The notes beneath the pieces are model-generated. The model saw only the letters and a list, made by a program, of their open reading frames with translations, was not told the origin of the DNA and made no database searches. 64,000 bases of DNA from IMG/VR virus record IMGVR_UViG_3300028591_000071; one strand, 5' to 3'. Positions 20,792 to 31,422 of this stretch are shown here, in pieces; position 1 is the first letter of the stretch; the number at the start of each line of letters is the position of its first letter. Origin of the DNA: a virus (taxonomy: Duplodnaviria > Caudoviricetes). Position numbers and translations under genes: made by a program.

Positions 20792-21684
20792 TGGACAATA
20801 GTGTTCTTGGCGTAAGATATGGTGAGGTTATAAGTATCGATGACCCGGCCGGCGCAGGAAGAATTGCGGTCAGGGTTACCGCATACGATAATAACCAGTT
20901 GGTAGAACGCGGGTATCTCGACGTGGATGCGTTTCCGTTGATGCCTAAAATGTTTCACGTAATGCCCAAAGTTGGTGAAGGTGTATTCGTGATATATAGC
21001 GAACTCGAAAACGAAGGTTCCATAAAATATTATATAGGGCCCGTCATTTCCCAATTACACAGGATGTATCGGGAGGAGTTTGCAAGTGGAGGAAGGGCTT
21101 ATCAGCCTGGAGGAAAAAACGATTTTGACCAAAATCCGAATCACGGGGATGCAATAGGTGCGTTTCCGGATGAAACCGACGTTGCTATTCTCGGAAGGAA
21201 AAATTGTGATATACAGATAAAGGATGATGATATAAGAATCAGGGCGGGTGTGAAATTAGCCAAAGATGATTCCAATTACGATTTCAAGTTTAACGGCTCT
21301 AATCCTGCTTTCATAAAATTAAAATACCATGAAATCCCGCTGTTAAGCAAAACACAAAGCACCGCAACGATATTGGCGGATAAAATATTGTTATCAGGCC
21401 GTCGTAACCCGGGAATAAAAGATACTCTTAATAAAGAAGAACTCATCACCGATGACGATATAATCGATTTCATTAAAAACGGTTATCGGCTTCCGTACGG
21501 CGAAAAACTTGTTAAACTCTTACAGGAAATGATTCGGGTATTCAAGGAGCATACCCACGATTTTATGGCAAAGACACCAAACAACAAGTTTGTCACGGAA
21601 ATTGATAGTTTGGACAAGATGTTTCTTTCCAAGGCGGATGACGGTGTGCCACCACTATTATCCGATACCGTCAGGATTAAATGA
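20791..21684 (+). CDS. Baseplate hub/spike protein (gp5/VgrG OB-fold N-terminus)
   Basis: VISIDDPAGAGRIAVRV...PKVGEGVFV, C-terminal HTH(D) metal-binding-like motif. Confidence 0.75.
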   Translation: MDNSVLGVRYGEVISIDDPAGAGRIAVRVTAYDNNQLVERGYLDVDAFPLMPKMFHVMPKVGEGVFVIYSELENEGSIKYYIGPVISQLHRMYREEFASGGRAYQPGGKNDFDQNPNHGDAIGAFPDETDVAILGRKNCDIQIKDDDIRIRAGVKLAKDDSNYDFKFNGSNPAFIKLKYHEIPLLSKTQSTATILADKILLSGRRNPGIKDTLNKEELITDDDIIDFIKNGYRLPYGEKLVKLLQEMIRVFKEHTHDFMAKTPNNKFVTEIDSLDKMFLSKADDGVPPLLSDTVRIK

Positions 21685-21710
21685 AAAGGCCCGCGTTTGC
21701 GGACCTTTTT

Positions 21711-21959
21711 TCATGCTGTTTTCAGTATGTTCTTTATCGTCTTGATATCCTTTCTAATGTTTTTTAATTGTGAACTTGTTTTGTCTTTTTTCTTGACGAA
21801 CTCGTTCTTATTCTTTTCAATCTGTCTTTTCATGGCTGCTTCTCGTTTGTTAAGATGCTCAAGCCATTCTTTCACCACTTTTAGGTCTGCTTCGCCATAT
21901 TCCCCCGACAAAACTGCAGACAACGATGTCTTGAAAACCATTTCATCCATAGGATTCAT
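21711..21959 (-). CDS. Small basic hypothetical protein
   Basis: 82 aa; late motif at 21968-21975. Confidence 0.65.
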   Translation of the reverse strand: MNPMDEMVFKTSLSAVLSGEYGEADLKVVKEWLEHLNKREAAMKRQIEKNKNEFVKKKDKTSSQLKNIRKDIKTIKNILKTA

Positions 21960-22014
21960 ATTTTACTATAAATAGCAAAGCCGCGATGTTTCGCGGCCTT
22001 ATTCGTCTTAACTA

Positions 22015-23637
22015 TTATTGGTATCTTTCGGTAACATCACTTACTACCTTGAACCTTAGGCATTCTTTGTAATATTTCGTTTCACGCCCTATATTCACTT
22101 TCAAGTCAACGTAATATGCATTAGGGATGAGGTCTTCGGTATATATCATAAAAAAGTTGTTAAGGAATGCTCGTTCAACCGGTTGATATCCGATTATTGT
22201 TATCTCCCTGTTCCCGTCCTTCGTATACAACCTATATTCCGCACTGTCAATGAGGTATTTCTTATCACTTTCATATTCCTTCACGAAGTCGGCTACCACT
22301 TCTCTCACTTCTCCCTGATGAAGATTCTCCCAATCGTTAATTCCATACACCGAAGGAATAACATTATCCTTCACAGAAGAATCTGAGCCAATCTTCAACT
22401 TATGCGATTTTGGCCTTGTCGAAAATTCAAGTTCAACATCATCCTCAGAAACGCCATTTATTGCCAAATTAGACCACTTATCGTAATAGATGGCCGCGGG
22501 TTCCAAGTCGAGTTCAGACGCATCTATACGGGCCTCGTATACGCCTTTGCTAACCTGTCTGACCGGTACATCCATTCCTTCTACGGAGCACGATGGTATT
22601 TCGTCAAGATTTATCGGTTGTCCGTCATCATAAGTGTAAAGATAAAGAGAATTTTCCCTACCAAGAGTAAATGATTCCCTTCCGTCAAGTATGTAATCTG
22701 AATACACCGCTTCAACATAAGGATGGAAGAATGTGTTGGTATTGTCATCAACGAATCCTACATATTCCTCAAAATCGGTGGTCATCTCTTCATATTTCGG
22801 TGCAAACGCAAGGCAAAGTCCGTTATTATGCTCTCCATTAACAATACTAAGGACATAATCGGTAATGTCCATTGCAAGATTTTCATCCCCGAAATCAAAA
22901 TGTTGTGATGCAATAACAATCGACTCTTCACCATCTAAATATTTCTGATACTCTTCCTTGATGGTTTCAAATAAATAAATCCCACCCTTCAGCGATTTCT
23001 CATCAAGTTTGATGTTGGTCTTTATGTTCTTTATATCATTGATAATCTCTTCACAGGTGACATTGCTTTCTTCTTCGAGTTCTTCTTCGTTCATTATCTT
23101 CGAATATTTCAACAGTTTCTTGTATATATGAATGAACTCCACCTTGTCGAAGATATCAGGCATTACAAGTTCCTTTGCAGGCTTATCCTCTTCTCTTTCA
23201 TAGTTCCAAGGAAGACTGTTCCTACAGAAAAACCAGTTCGAACCATCTTTCGAAAATGACTTATTGTTTCTTACCCAGAAATCACTTACGAAATCAAACC
23301 CGCGACCTTCATCAAAGTCATTGGGAAGTTTGAAAAGGATGAGGTCAAACGATGCCGCACGTTTTGTTGGCACATTCATTGATTGTATCAGTTTCTTTTC
23401 ATAAGGTATTCCCTCGATTGAGAAATAGTTCGTCATCCTGAGCGTGAATTTCAATTTATCTATATTTGCAAACGTTTTGTCCTCAATCAATTCCCTTATC
23501 TTACATTCATCGAAATGAAGCAAACCCCTCATTATCAAGTTTCCGTATCCTATATGCATGACAGGGTTCAATCCCATGTTCTGCATAGAATTTTCGACTA
23601 TGGTATTCGTCTTATCAAGAAAAAAGTGTCTAACCAT
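22015..23637 (-). CDS. Putative structural protein
   Basis: 540-aa beta-rich ORF; late motif at 23659. Confidence 0.6.
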   Translation of the reverse strand: MVRHFFLDKTNTIVENSMQNMGLNPVMHIGYGNLIMRGLLHFDECKIRELIEDKTFANIDKLKFTLRMTNYFSIEGIPYEKKLIQSMNVPTKRAASFDLILFKLPNDFDEGRGFDFVSDFWVRNNKSFSKDGSNWFFCRNSLPWNYEREEDKPAKELVMPDIFDKVEFIHIYKKLLKYSKIMNEEELEEESNVTCEEIINDIKNIKTNIKLDEKSLKGGIYLFETIKEEYQKYLDGEESIVIASQHFDFGDENLAMDITDYVLSIVNGEHNNGLCLAFAPKYEEMTTDFEEYVGFVDDNTNTFFHPYVEAVYSDYILDGRESFTLGRENSLYLYTYDDGQPINLDEIPSCSVEGMDVPVRQVSKGVYEARIDASELDLEPAAIYYDKWSNLAINGVSEDDVELEFSTRPKSHKLKIGSDSSVKDNVIPSVYGINDWENLHQGEVREVVADFVKEYESDKKYLIDSAEYRLYTKDGNREITIIGYQPVERAFLNNFFMIYTEDLIPNAYYVDLKVNIGRETKYYKECLRFKVVSDVTERYQ

Positions 23638-23898
23638 CTCATATATAATTGTTCTTGTATAAATAGTCGATGGAAACGAATATATTGCCTTAAAATTTCC
23701 TCACATTTGGTATCAACGAACTATTTATAGGTAGATTGGGAAATATGTTGCGAAATTAAATAAAACGGCACTGCCCTATTCTCGCTGTGAGGACACATGG
23801 TTAGCCGTCAAGGAGCCCCTATGTTGGCTCCTTGTTTTCGCGTCCACCCCAAAATTGACTTTTTTAGCATTTTTATTATATTCTTTTAAAGTCATTCT

Positions 23899-24357
23899 AT
23901 GAAAAAAATTAATAGTGAAGTAAAAATAGATTCTCCATTTTTCAAATCCAAATGGGGTACGATAGACAAGAAAAATCCTTCCATAATATATCTTGAAATA
24001 GGAACGTATATATCTCCGTCAAAAGAAAGTGACTATTCTTCAGCAATAAAGACAATTGAAAAGAATATGAAGTCAATTGTCGGAAATAGAATATATCTTT
24101 CACACGGTGACTACAAACCAAATTTCATATTCACCACGGATGTTGCCGATTCAAGGATATCTCCCGGAAAGAAATCTTATATGACATTCCAATTACACCT
24201 TCAACTCGCACCGCAATACATGCAGTCATATAAGGATAGCGGCGGAAATTTCAAATGCCTTATAAATGACTTATCTGAAAAGTGGAACCCATTTTACGGG
24301 GAATTATATAACGAGATAGAAAGCAACGGTTTCAATTGCTCCAAAACGAAGAACTAA
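23899..24357 (+). CDS. Hypothetical protein
   Basis: 152 aa; TTGACT/TATATT upstream. Confidence 0.75.
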   Translation: MKKINSEVKIDSPFFKSKWGTIDKKNPSIIYLEIGTYISPSKESDYSSAIKTIEKNMKSIVGNRIYLSHGDYKPNFIFTTDVADSRISPGKKSYMTFQLHLQLAPQYMQSYKDSGGNFKCLINDLSEKWNPFYGELYNEIESNGFNCSKTKN

Positions 24358-24381
24358 ACTATTTATGATAAACTAATTTGT

Positions 24382-24768
24382 ATGCAGGAATTCTTCATCA
24401 TAAAAGGTTCAACAAACCCGGCGCTTGTAATGGAACTTATCAACGACGGAAGGTATGACTTCCAAAAATCGTTGATAAACGACGCATTACAGGATAGCGT
24501 TGTCACATTCTCAATGGCCGACGAAGAGACAGGCCTTCTAAAGGTTGCAAAACAGAAAGCGGAAATAGTTCTTGCCGATGAAGAAAGTTGTGAGGAGCGT
24601 TACCTTCTCCGTTATAAATGGAAAGAGAAAGATGTAGCGAAAGAAGGGTTTTACAAAGGTTGGTTTGAAATAAAGTTCAACGGGGACATCAGTCAAAGCG
24701 GCGTTCAATTCCCTGAAGGAAACCTAAAAGTACCGATTGAAGAACAACTTAGAATTGTCGTAAAGTGA
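24382..24768 (+). CDS. BppU N-terminal-like baseplate protein
   Basis: FFIIKGSTNPALVMEL...YKW...G.YKGWFEI pattern; late motif at 24359. Confidence 0.55.
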   Translation: MQEFFIIKGSTNPALVMELINDGRYDFQKSLINDALQDSVVTFSMADEETGLLKVAKQKAEIVLADEESCEERYLLRYKWKEKDVAKEGFYKGWFEIKFNGDISQSGVQFPEGNLKVPIEEQLRIVVK

Positions 24769-24821
24769 GTGGCATAGCCGCTCATTTTTGTTTTACACAT
24801 ATTTTTTGTATATTGCAACTG

Positions 24822-25388
24822 ATGGATTTTTTAACAGATGAACAAATAGCGAAAAACAGAGAGAGAATAGCCGAACTAATACATTCGATTCCAAAAAGGG
24901 AAAATACGCATAAACTGCTATATTTCCTCGACCATAGCGGCTATTATTACCTATACGGTTCTTTCAGGCATCACAAGTACAAGGGAGGGTTAGCACAACA
25001 TTCTCTTGAGGTGTTGGATTATGCCTTAGAAAACAATGAAGGATGCAATAGGGAAAGCATTATACTCTCCGCACTACTCCACGACATTTGCAAAACAAAA
25101 TACGAGTTTCCTGAGGGTGTTGAGTTCCACGGCCACGGAACAAAATCTGTTGCAATACTCGACGACTTCATTCAATATCCTTTAACGGAAGAAGAGCATA
25201 ACGCAATAAGGTTCCATATGGGCTCGAAGTCAATGATGCACGATGAAAACGATGTCAAGAACTATGAGAATGCAAGGAAATCTGAGTTGTGGAAACTTAT
25301 ACATGAAGGAGACTGCATAAGCGCGGGCGACTACGACAGATGCATGCACGGAATAGTTAGGAAAGTGATTGGTATAACAAAAATATAA
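24822..25388 (+). CDS. HD-domain phosphohydrolase
   Basis: GGLAQHSLEV, LLHDICK, GHGTKS, AIRFHMG, GD; ATG 24822 follows the promoter. Confidence 0.9.
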   Translation: MDFLTDEQIAKNRERIAELIHSIPKRENTHKLLYFLDHSGYYYLYGSFRHHKYKGGLAQHSLEVLDYALENNEGCNRESIILSALLHDICKTKYEFPEGVEFHGHGTKSVAILDDFIQYPLTEEEHNAIRFHMGSKSMMHDENDVKNYENARKSELWKLIHEGDCISAGDYDRCMHGIVRKVIGITKI

Positions 25389-25412
25389 AACCGCCCGATA
25401 AGGCGGTTTTTT

Positions 25413-26120
25413 CTATGATTCCAATTCAGGAAATTTCTTTATAATCAAATTTCTAAGGTATTTTATTTTCCCTTCATAACCCTTGTCAGATGCGTAACGC
25501 TTTCCGAGTTCGTTTACGAATTTGCCGGGTGTCATAAGGTCGTCTATCGTTTTTCCGTCAACGAGATAATGGTTCTTTAGAAGTTTGATGTAGTCATCGA
25601 CGCTATCATTAGGGTCATCATATGTAACGACATCCTTTCCGTTATCATAAGAGCCGACAGAGAACACGCTGTTCGTTCTCCTCGCCCTCTTCGTGGCTCC
25701 GAAACAACTCTCCTGATGCGCTGCCGCCATGAGGAACGGAAGGTCAAATCCTTTTTCCATTGCCGCCCTCACGAGAGTTTCAGGTTTAAGACCCGTTGAT
25801 TCCATCGTGAATCCTTGGTTCTTAAGGGCAAACTCCATGTACTTTCTCACATCATTCACCTTCTTGGCGAATCCTGTGGTATCAATCATTTCTGTCTGTG
25901 CTATGTTCTTTAACTGTTCCTTTTGTTCATTCGGTATCCCCATCCTAGAGATTGCCGCAACGATAACCGCAGTTGATACTCCAAGAGCCAATGCTTTCTT
26001 AATTTTTTGCTTCATTTCGTCAAATGTTCTTGATTCATTTAACGACTCTTGCAAAATGTATGCCAAACGCTGCTCCATCAGCAGCGTTTTAAATTGCGAC
26101 TCTGTGAGTATTACCCTCAT
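25413..26120 (-). CDS. GH73-like glucosaminidase/peptidoglycan hydrolase with N-terminal VILTESQF motif
   Basis: AAAHQESCFG, NSVFSVG, RYASDKGYEGKI. Confidence 0.8.
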   Translation of the reverse strand: MRVILTESQFKTLLMEQRLAYILQESLNESRTFDEMKQKIKKALALGVSTAVIVAAISRMGIPNEQKEQLKNIAQTEMIDTTGFAKKVNDVRKYMEFALKNQGFTMESTGLKPETLVRAAMEKGFDLPFLMAAAHQESCFGATKRARRTNSVFSVGSYDNGKDVVTYDDPNDSVDDYIKLLKNHYLVDGKTIDDLMTPGKFVNELGKRYASDKGYEGKIKYLRNLIIKKFPELES

Positions 26121-27022
26121 TAGAAGATATTGGTTAGTTCAATCATTCCACAAATATCGTTACCGACGGTCTCTACTGAATAGGCCTTGTTTGATATTTG
26201 TTCCATTATTGCAGACAATTTTTCAGATGCTGCGGAATTGTTTTCCTTGATGAAATTTTCCTTTGCCTCAGATAGTTTATCCATGCAGGTTTTCTTGTAT
26301 TTCTCGAAAATAGATTCGCGGTCAATGCTGTTGCTTACCTCTCTAAGGGCGTCTGCTTCCCCCTCAGTAAGTTGTGACGAATATTTCTTGTTGAATTCCT
26401 CAACCATCTCAGCCGCGAGTTCTTCAAGATTCTTTGACTCGAAAACCGCTTCAACTTTTTCATTCTTTTCTACAGCCTCACGGATGATTTTTACTGCGTT
26501 ACTGTAATCTGCAATATTCTTATTGGTCTTCTTGTTTTCAGAAATGAACTTTATTGCGCCCGCAAGTTTTGTGTTCTCCGATGGAAGCACCGCGTTTCCT
26601 CCGATAAGGATATAACCTTCTGCAAGAACCCTACCAAGTTTCTTGCAATCGCCTTCTACGCTCTTTCTGTCAATTCCCCAATCGTTAGCGGCAACTTCGT
26701 TGATGAAGAAGTCCACATCTGAATCCGCGTTGACATTGCGTATGTTTTCATAAAGAGAATGAAGTGAAGAAAGGTTTTTGCTTGATTTGATTGTGCTGAT
26801 ATATTTGTTCATAACAGCCTTTCCTTCTTTTGTTTTGAACAATTCAGGAGATATAGCCTCAAAGCATTCCTTTATTGTGCCAAAATCCTTCAAAGAAAGG
26901 TCATTTGCCTTCGTACAAACAGAAATCATGTTAGCCCTCTTATCGCATTCTTCGTTCATTTTCTTGCGATAATCTTCAACCTCTTTAATGGTTTTTAATG
27001 AATTTATATGTTTTACAGACAT
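26120..27022 (-). CDS. Hypothetical head-module protein downstream of portal
   Basis: ATG 27022 follows late motif at 27039-27046; helical. Confidence 0.7.
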   Translation of the reverse strand: MSVKHINSLKTIKEVEDYRKKMNEECDKRANMISVCTKANDLSLKDFGTIKECFEAISPELFKTKEGKAVMNKYISTIKSSKNLSSLHSLYENIRNVNADSDVDFFINEVAANDWGIDRKSVEGDCKKLGRVLAEGYILIGGNAVLPSENTKLAGAIKFISENKKTNKNIADYSNAVKIIREAVEKNEKVEAVFESKNLEELAAEMVEEFNKKYSSQLTEGEADALREVSNSIDRESIFEKYKKTCMDKLSEAKENFIKENNSAASEKLSAIMEQISNKAYSVETVGNDICGMIELTNIF

Positions 27023-27050
27023 GTCAAATAATTTTCTTATAAATAGTTTG

Positions 27051-29189
27051 TTATTCCGATAATCCGTCATCAACGAGGCCTTCTTCCTTGGCTTCGCTTG
27101 AACCGCTTATAGCGTGCATGTTTTCAACCGCTTCACTTATAAGTTCCTCTCTTTCCAAAGAATCCTCATCAACGAGATTTTCAAATTTATCAAGGACTTT
27201 CCTTAGGTTTTCCTGTATGGTTACGCTCTTTCCTTCAAAATCATACGGTTCTTCAAGAAATCCGTCATCTTCTTCTTTCTTTGCTTCTGACAAAAGGTCA
27301 AAATACTCTTCTGTATAGGTCTTTGTAGCTTTCTTTTTGTATTCTTTGAGATTCGGCTTCTGTTTCATTATGAACTCCATGAGTGGCGTTCCATTGTCTG
27401 CGTCAGGGGCTCCGCCCATATCGGTTTCTCCTGTTTCTCCGCCCATGTCGGAACCGTCTTCAGTACCGGGCTCTCCGAGGTCCATATCCATGTCTCCACC
27501 CATGTCGCCTCCGCCAAGGCCACCCATCATGCCTCCGCCGCCACCGCCGCCGAGACCGTCGTCTTCGCCTTCGCCCTGTGCTTGTTGCTGCTGTGGCGAA
27601 TTCATTGCGTCATAATCTCCATAGATGCGGTCGGTCGTATCGAACATGCCCGTATGCTTGATGATGTTAGCCGTTGCTGCAAGTTCTGCTGCCATGGCCT
27701 TCTCAAGACGGATTTCGTTGAGCATATCCTTGATTTCAGAATCGCTCATCTTCATAATCTCCCTAAGAGCCTTGTGCATTGACATCATAGGGATGCCCGT
27801 GCCTGGGTCCGCAAGAGCAACCTGCATTGCATTAAGCCTCTTTGTAAGGTCATCAAGTTCCTGTGCTTCAATCTGTGTTGAAGGGTTATTGAGTGTAAGG
27901 GTGAAATTTCCAATCTCATCCGTAAGTCCCATGATGTAAAGATGAATCATCGCAATCTTGTTCAACTCCATTAGTATGAATTGCTGAATACGATTAATCA
28001 TCCTTGCGAAACGGACATCAATGAATGAAAGGTTCTGTCCCTTTCCGTTTGCTTCTTGGAAGTTAAGGAATGTTTTAGGAACACGCATTGCGGTCAAGAC
28101 TTTCAACTGCATGTATTCAACATCTTCCATCTGTACCTGACTGTTAGCAGCCTGAAGCGTTTCAATCGGGTTAGGTGCATCTTCCCTACGGACAGGAATG
28201 AAATAGTCGCTCGATACATCAAGGAAATTCTTCCTTAGGTCAACCTGTCCCGTCCCCGGGTCAATGATTGGCGTTCTCTTGAAGTTGTTTGCAATCTGAT
28301 TTACATATGCTTCAACATCTTGGTCGTCAATGTTTCCTACATAAATCTTATAAACACGCCTTTCAATCGCCTTGTCAAGTCTCCAAATGAGCATAGCGTC
28401 TTCCATCATGCTCCACATCCTCCAAGCCCTTCTTGCCTTATGAAGCATAGATACGCCGTAAGGAAGGAAGAACGAGTCGTTGAGTAATCTAAAGTGAGCA
28501 ACTTGCCAATTCCTGTAAGGGTTTTCTCCGTTATGGCCTCTCCAAATGAACTTAACCTCATCTGGTTTGATTTCTCCCGAGTTGGTCATCATTGAAGTGG
28601 TGTATGATGCACTATAGCCATTCTCGTCTCTATCAACTTCATAAACAGGCATCATCATCCATCCCATAACGCCATTATCCTTGCTTATGTTAAGCAATTC
28701 AAATGTGTTTCCGTATTTGCAAAGATGACGGGCTACCATAGGAAGCTCGGTGTAGATATGCAATCTGTTCACGAAAAGGTCTTCCAATATTGCCTTTGTT
28801 CTTTTTGAGCGGGAATAGATATTAAGCATCTTTCCCTTAGAGTTGATAGGACAAGTTTCTTCTGCAATGATATCAAGCGCGGTTCCAATTTCACAAGTCC
28901 CGTCCATGAGGTCAACATCACGGTACATAAGTTTAACCGCATTGTACCCTGCAAGGCTCTCCATTGCATTATCAGCCCCGGCCTTCTTCCATTGATATGC
29001 GAGATATTTCTGTTGTTTCAAAGACGCAAGTTTGCGCTCGTAATCTGCCTTATCTGTAGTCGTATATATAACCCTGTCTTGGTCTGATACAGTAGAAGGT
29101 GTGGTCATAACCGTCGCCGGAACATCTCCTCTGTTACTTCCCCTGAACCTGTCGTTCAATCTTTGAAATATGGTCCTGTTATCTGCCAT
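27051..29189 (-). CDS. gp20: Portal protein (T4 gp20-like) with acidic Gly-rich C-terminal extension
   Basis: MMEDAMLIWRL..A.ERRVYKIYVGN, DYFIPVR, MRVPK..L, DVRFARMINRIQ. Confidence 0.93.
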   Translation of the reverse strand: MADNRTIFQRLNDRFRGSNRGDVPATVMTTPSTVSDQDRVIYTTTDKADYERKLASLKQQKYLAYQWKKAGADNAMESLAGYNAVKLMYRDVDLMDGTCEIGTALDIIAEETCPINSKGKMLNIYSRSKRTKAILEDLFVNRLHIYTELPMVARHLCKYGNTFELLNISKDNGVMGWMMMPVYEVDRDENGYSASYTTSMMTNSGEIKPDEVKFIWRGHNGENPYRNWQVAHFRLLNDSFFLPYGVSMLHKARRAWRMWSMMEDAMLIWRLDKAIERRVYKIYVGNIDDQDVEAYVNQIANNFKRTPIIDPGTGQVDLRKNFLDVSSDYFIPVRREDAPNPIETLQAANSQVQMEDVEYMQLKVLTAMRVPKTFLNFQEANGKGQNLSFIDVRFARMINRIQQFILMELNKIAMIHLYIMGLTDEIGNFTLTLNNPSTQIEAQELDDLTKRLNAMQVALADPGTGIPMMSMHKALREIMKMSDSEIKDMLNEIRLEKAMAAELAATANIIKHTGMFDTTDRIYGDYDAMNSPQQQQAQGEGEDDGLGGGGGGGMMGGLGGGDMGGDMDMDLGEPGTEDGSDMGGETGETDMGGAPDADNGTPLMEFIMKQKPNLKEYKKKATKTYTEEYFDLLSEAKKEEDDGFLEEPYDFEGKSVTIQENLRKVLDKFENLVDEDSLEREELISEAVENMHAISGSSEAKEEGLVDDGLSE

Positions 29190-29327
29190 ATATTTTTATC
29201 TAATACAATTATTCAAAATAATATAAGGCATCAGCCCATAAAAGTGAACATAATACCTTATCTATAAATAGTTATGTGTTTGACTTTCGGGGCACAATAT
29301 ACTATATTAAAAATAAAATAGAACAAT

Positions 29328-29687
29328 ATGGATAATGATTTCAACAAACTCGTCGAGCAGTTTATGCTGATGGACAAGAAAACACTTGCGGAATTGCTTG
29401 CCCTTAAAGAACTTGCAAATAGACAGGATATTCCTGTTATTCCTACATATCCGACGGTTCCGTCAATTCCATGGCCGTATCCTGTGTGGCCAAATACCCC
29501 ATGCGACTGGCCATGGTGGCCTCGAATTTGGTACACAAATACGAGCAACGGGAAAGAGTATGAGAATTTCAGCCAAGCGGAATTAAACAGGCAAGATGTC
29601 GTTGAAAATACGAAAAGTAGTCCTGATATAAATGTAAGCAACGGATTCTGTGGAGGGTACAATTACGGAGGCATAAACATAAGTTAG
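29328..29687 (+). CDS. Hypothetical Pro/Trp-rich protein
   Basis: 119 aa; followed by a bidirectional terminator at 29688-29720. Confidence 0.65.
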   Translation: MDNDFNKLVEQFMLMDKKTLAELLALKELANRQDIPVIPTYPTVPSIPWPYPVWPNTPCDWPWWPRIWYTNTSNGKEYENFSQAELNRQDVVENTKSSPDINVSNGFCGGYNYGGINIS

Positions 29688-29722
29688 CAAAAAAAAGAGA
29701 GGGATGACCTCTCTTTTTCTTT

Positions 29723-30859
29723 TTATATCACATATATTCCAAGCGGAGTGTATCCGAGTATCTTGTTGTTGTTTTCAAGAAGTTCAGAGTTTTCCTTCAT
29801 AATATTTACAGGGCGCATTCTCTCAAGCCTCTTCATTAGCACATCCATTGCCGCATCATATTCTTCCTTTCCCTGTTGGATAAGCATCTGGTAATCCATT
29901 GTCATCTCGGCCTGAGGGATATTTACCTTTCCGCTGAATTTTCCACGGATTAGTCCGAGGGTTTGCTTTGCCTTGGCAACAAGGAGTTGACGAATGATTA
30001 CCTTTGCCGGCTCGTTCAAGAACAGATAGTCAACCTGAGACATAGGGATTTGGTCAGGACTTAAAATAACATCGTCAGCGTGATAACGCATGCACTCGTC
30101 TTCGCTTCCGTCAGATGTGTCATAATATGTGTACCATACCTCGCATCCAACAATTCCTATTCCGCCGTTCCTTATACCTGACCATCCGAATGAAATCTTG
30201 CTGCCCGGGGTTGACATAAGATGAATGAGGTGTGTTCCGTCAGGTCCTGCAGTAACCTTATAAGTAAGGTCTCCACGGAAGAGGCGACTCTTGAAATTAA
30301 GGTCAGATGCCATATACGCGACATCCATTGCCTGAGTTGTATAGAAGCCACCAAGACCGCCGCCGTAGCCGTATCCGGCTCCGACCTGGCCAAGACCGGG
30401 CATCCAACCAACACCTCCGCCCATATAATTGGCAAAAAGTGCGGTATCTGTCATAGGAGGATTGACATACATAACCTTGTTTATGGTTCTTCCGGAAGGT
30501 ACTACATATACCTGTTTTCCTTCTTCAACCGTGATAAAATCTTTCTTCAACTCCCAAGGTCCCTCCTGCTGAAGACCGACCTGTTTTGAGAACCAATATG
30601 AATATTCCTTTGCAAGGTCAAGGCTGCGGGTCATAAATCCCCAAGCAAGTTCCTTTGCATTTGCCACATTTTTTCCGTAAAAAGCCATCCAGTTGTTTGC
30701 AATAATCTCGTTCTGAACCCTTTCTGAATAGTCGCCAATCGCAACCTGCAACAAATCACACAATTGCTTATCCGTCAATTCAACAGATACGACCGGCGCA
30801 CCCAAAAGAGAGCGAACCCTGTCAAACAATTCTCTTACTTCCTCAGTTATCTTAGTCAT
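29723..30859 (-). CDS. Neck protein (T4 gp13-like)
   Basis: LGAPVVSVELTDKQL and AKAKQTLG.IRGKF. Confidence 0.8.
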   Translation of the reverse strand: MTKITEEVRELFDRVRSLLGAPVVSVELTDKQLCDLLQVAIGDYSERVQNEIIANNWMAFYGKNVANAKELAWGFMTRSLDLAKEYSYWFSKQVGLQQEGPWELKKDFITVEEGKQVYVVPSGRTINKVMYVNPPMTDTALFANYMGGGVGWMPGLGQVGAGYGYGGGLGGFYTTQAMDVAYMASDLNFKSRLFRGDLTYKVTAGPDGTHLIHLMSTPGSKISFGWSGIRNGGIGIVGCEVWYTYYDTSDGSEDECMRYHADDVILSPDQIPMSQVDYLFLNEPAKVIIRQLLVAKAKQTLGLIRGKFSGKVNIPQAEMTMDYQMLIQQGKEEYDAAMDVLMKRLERMRPVNIMKENSELLENNNKILGYTPLGIYVI

Positions 30860-30937
30860 ATGAATAGTCTAATTTATAGATAAATAGTTGCGTGTGCATC
30901 ATTTGTTGATTAGAAAATGATTTTGTATATTTGCCGT

Positions 30938-31393
30938 ATGGAACGAAGAAAATTTTTAAAGAGACTATTCGGCACGGCTGTTGCTGCAACCGCAGTTGCT
31001 GCAGTTCCGTCATTGGCGAAAAAATCAAGCGGAACATTCAAAATCGAAGATATTGCAGAGCAATGCACGGGGAACAAAGACTTGTGGTACTTGAAAAAAG
31101 GATGTTGGCTTGACAATGAATTGAAGAGAATCCTTGGTAACAGGGTTGTTGACAGGAAATATTTTTCTTATTATAACCCTAAAAGAGACATGCTGATTCC
31201 CGTTAAGGATGAATACACTAAAGAAGATTTTCAAGCGTTGTTGCTATTTGCCGAGGACGAGTACGATTTCAATTACTACTGCGCAGGAACAGCAAATGGA
31301 GGCGTTGAAACTGGGTTGTGCCGCTTTATCACCAACAGGACGGGCAACGCATATATTGTTGATTTTTTCAGTGCAAGGAATCCGAAAGAATAA
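30938..31393 (+). CDS. Protein with twin-arginine (Tat) signal peptide
   Basis: MERRKFLKRLFGTAVAATAVAAVPSLA; ATG 4 nt after TATATTTG. Confidence 0.7.
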   Translation: MERRKFLKRLFGTAVAATAVAAVPSLAKKSSGTFKIEDIAEQCTGNKDLWYLKKGCWLDNELKRILGNRVVDRKYFSYYNPKRDMLIPVKDEYTKEDFQALLLFAEDEYDFNYYCAGTANGGVETGLCRFITNRTGNAYIVDFFSARNPKE

Positions 31394-31394
31394 T

Positions 31395-31411
31395 TTGGCA
31401 CGATATTTGTA
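31395..31411 (+). promoter_or_regulatory. Sigma54-type -24/-12 promoter
   Basis: TTGGCACG-ATAT-TTGTA. Confidence 0.7.
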
Positions 31412-31422
31412 ATAATAAAGGC

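Noticed and set aside
23761-23810. Twister or HDV-like (theta) ribozyme
   Set aside because: There is partial resemblance (UAA after a stem; a UUCUCGC segment), but I could not build the required P2/P4 or nested double pseudoknot.
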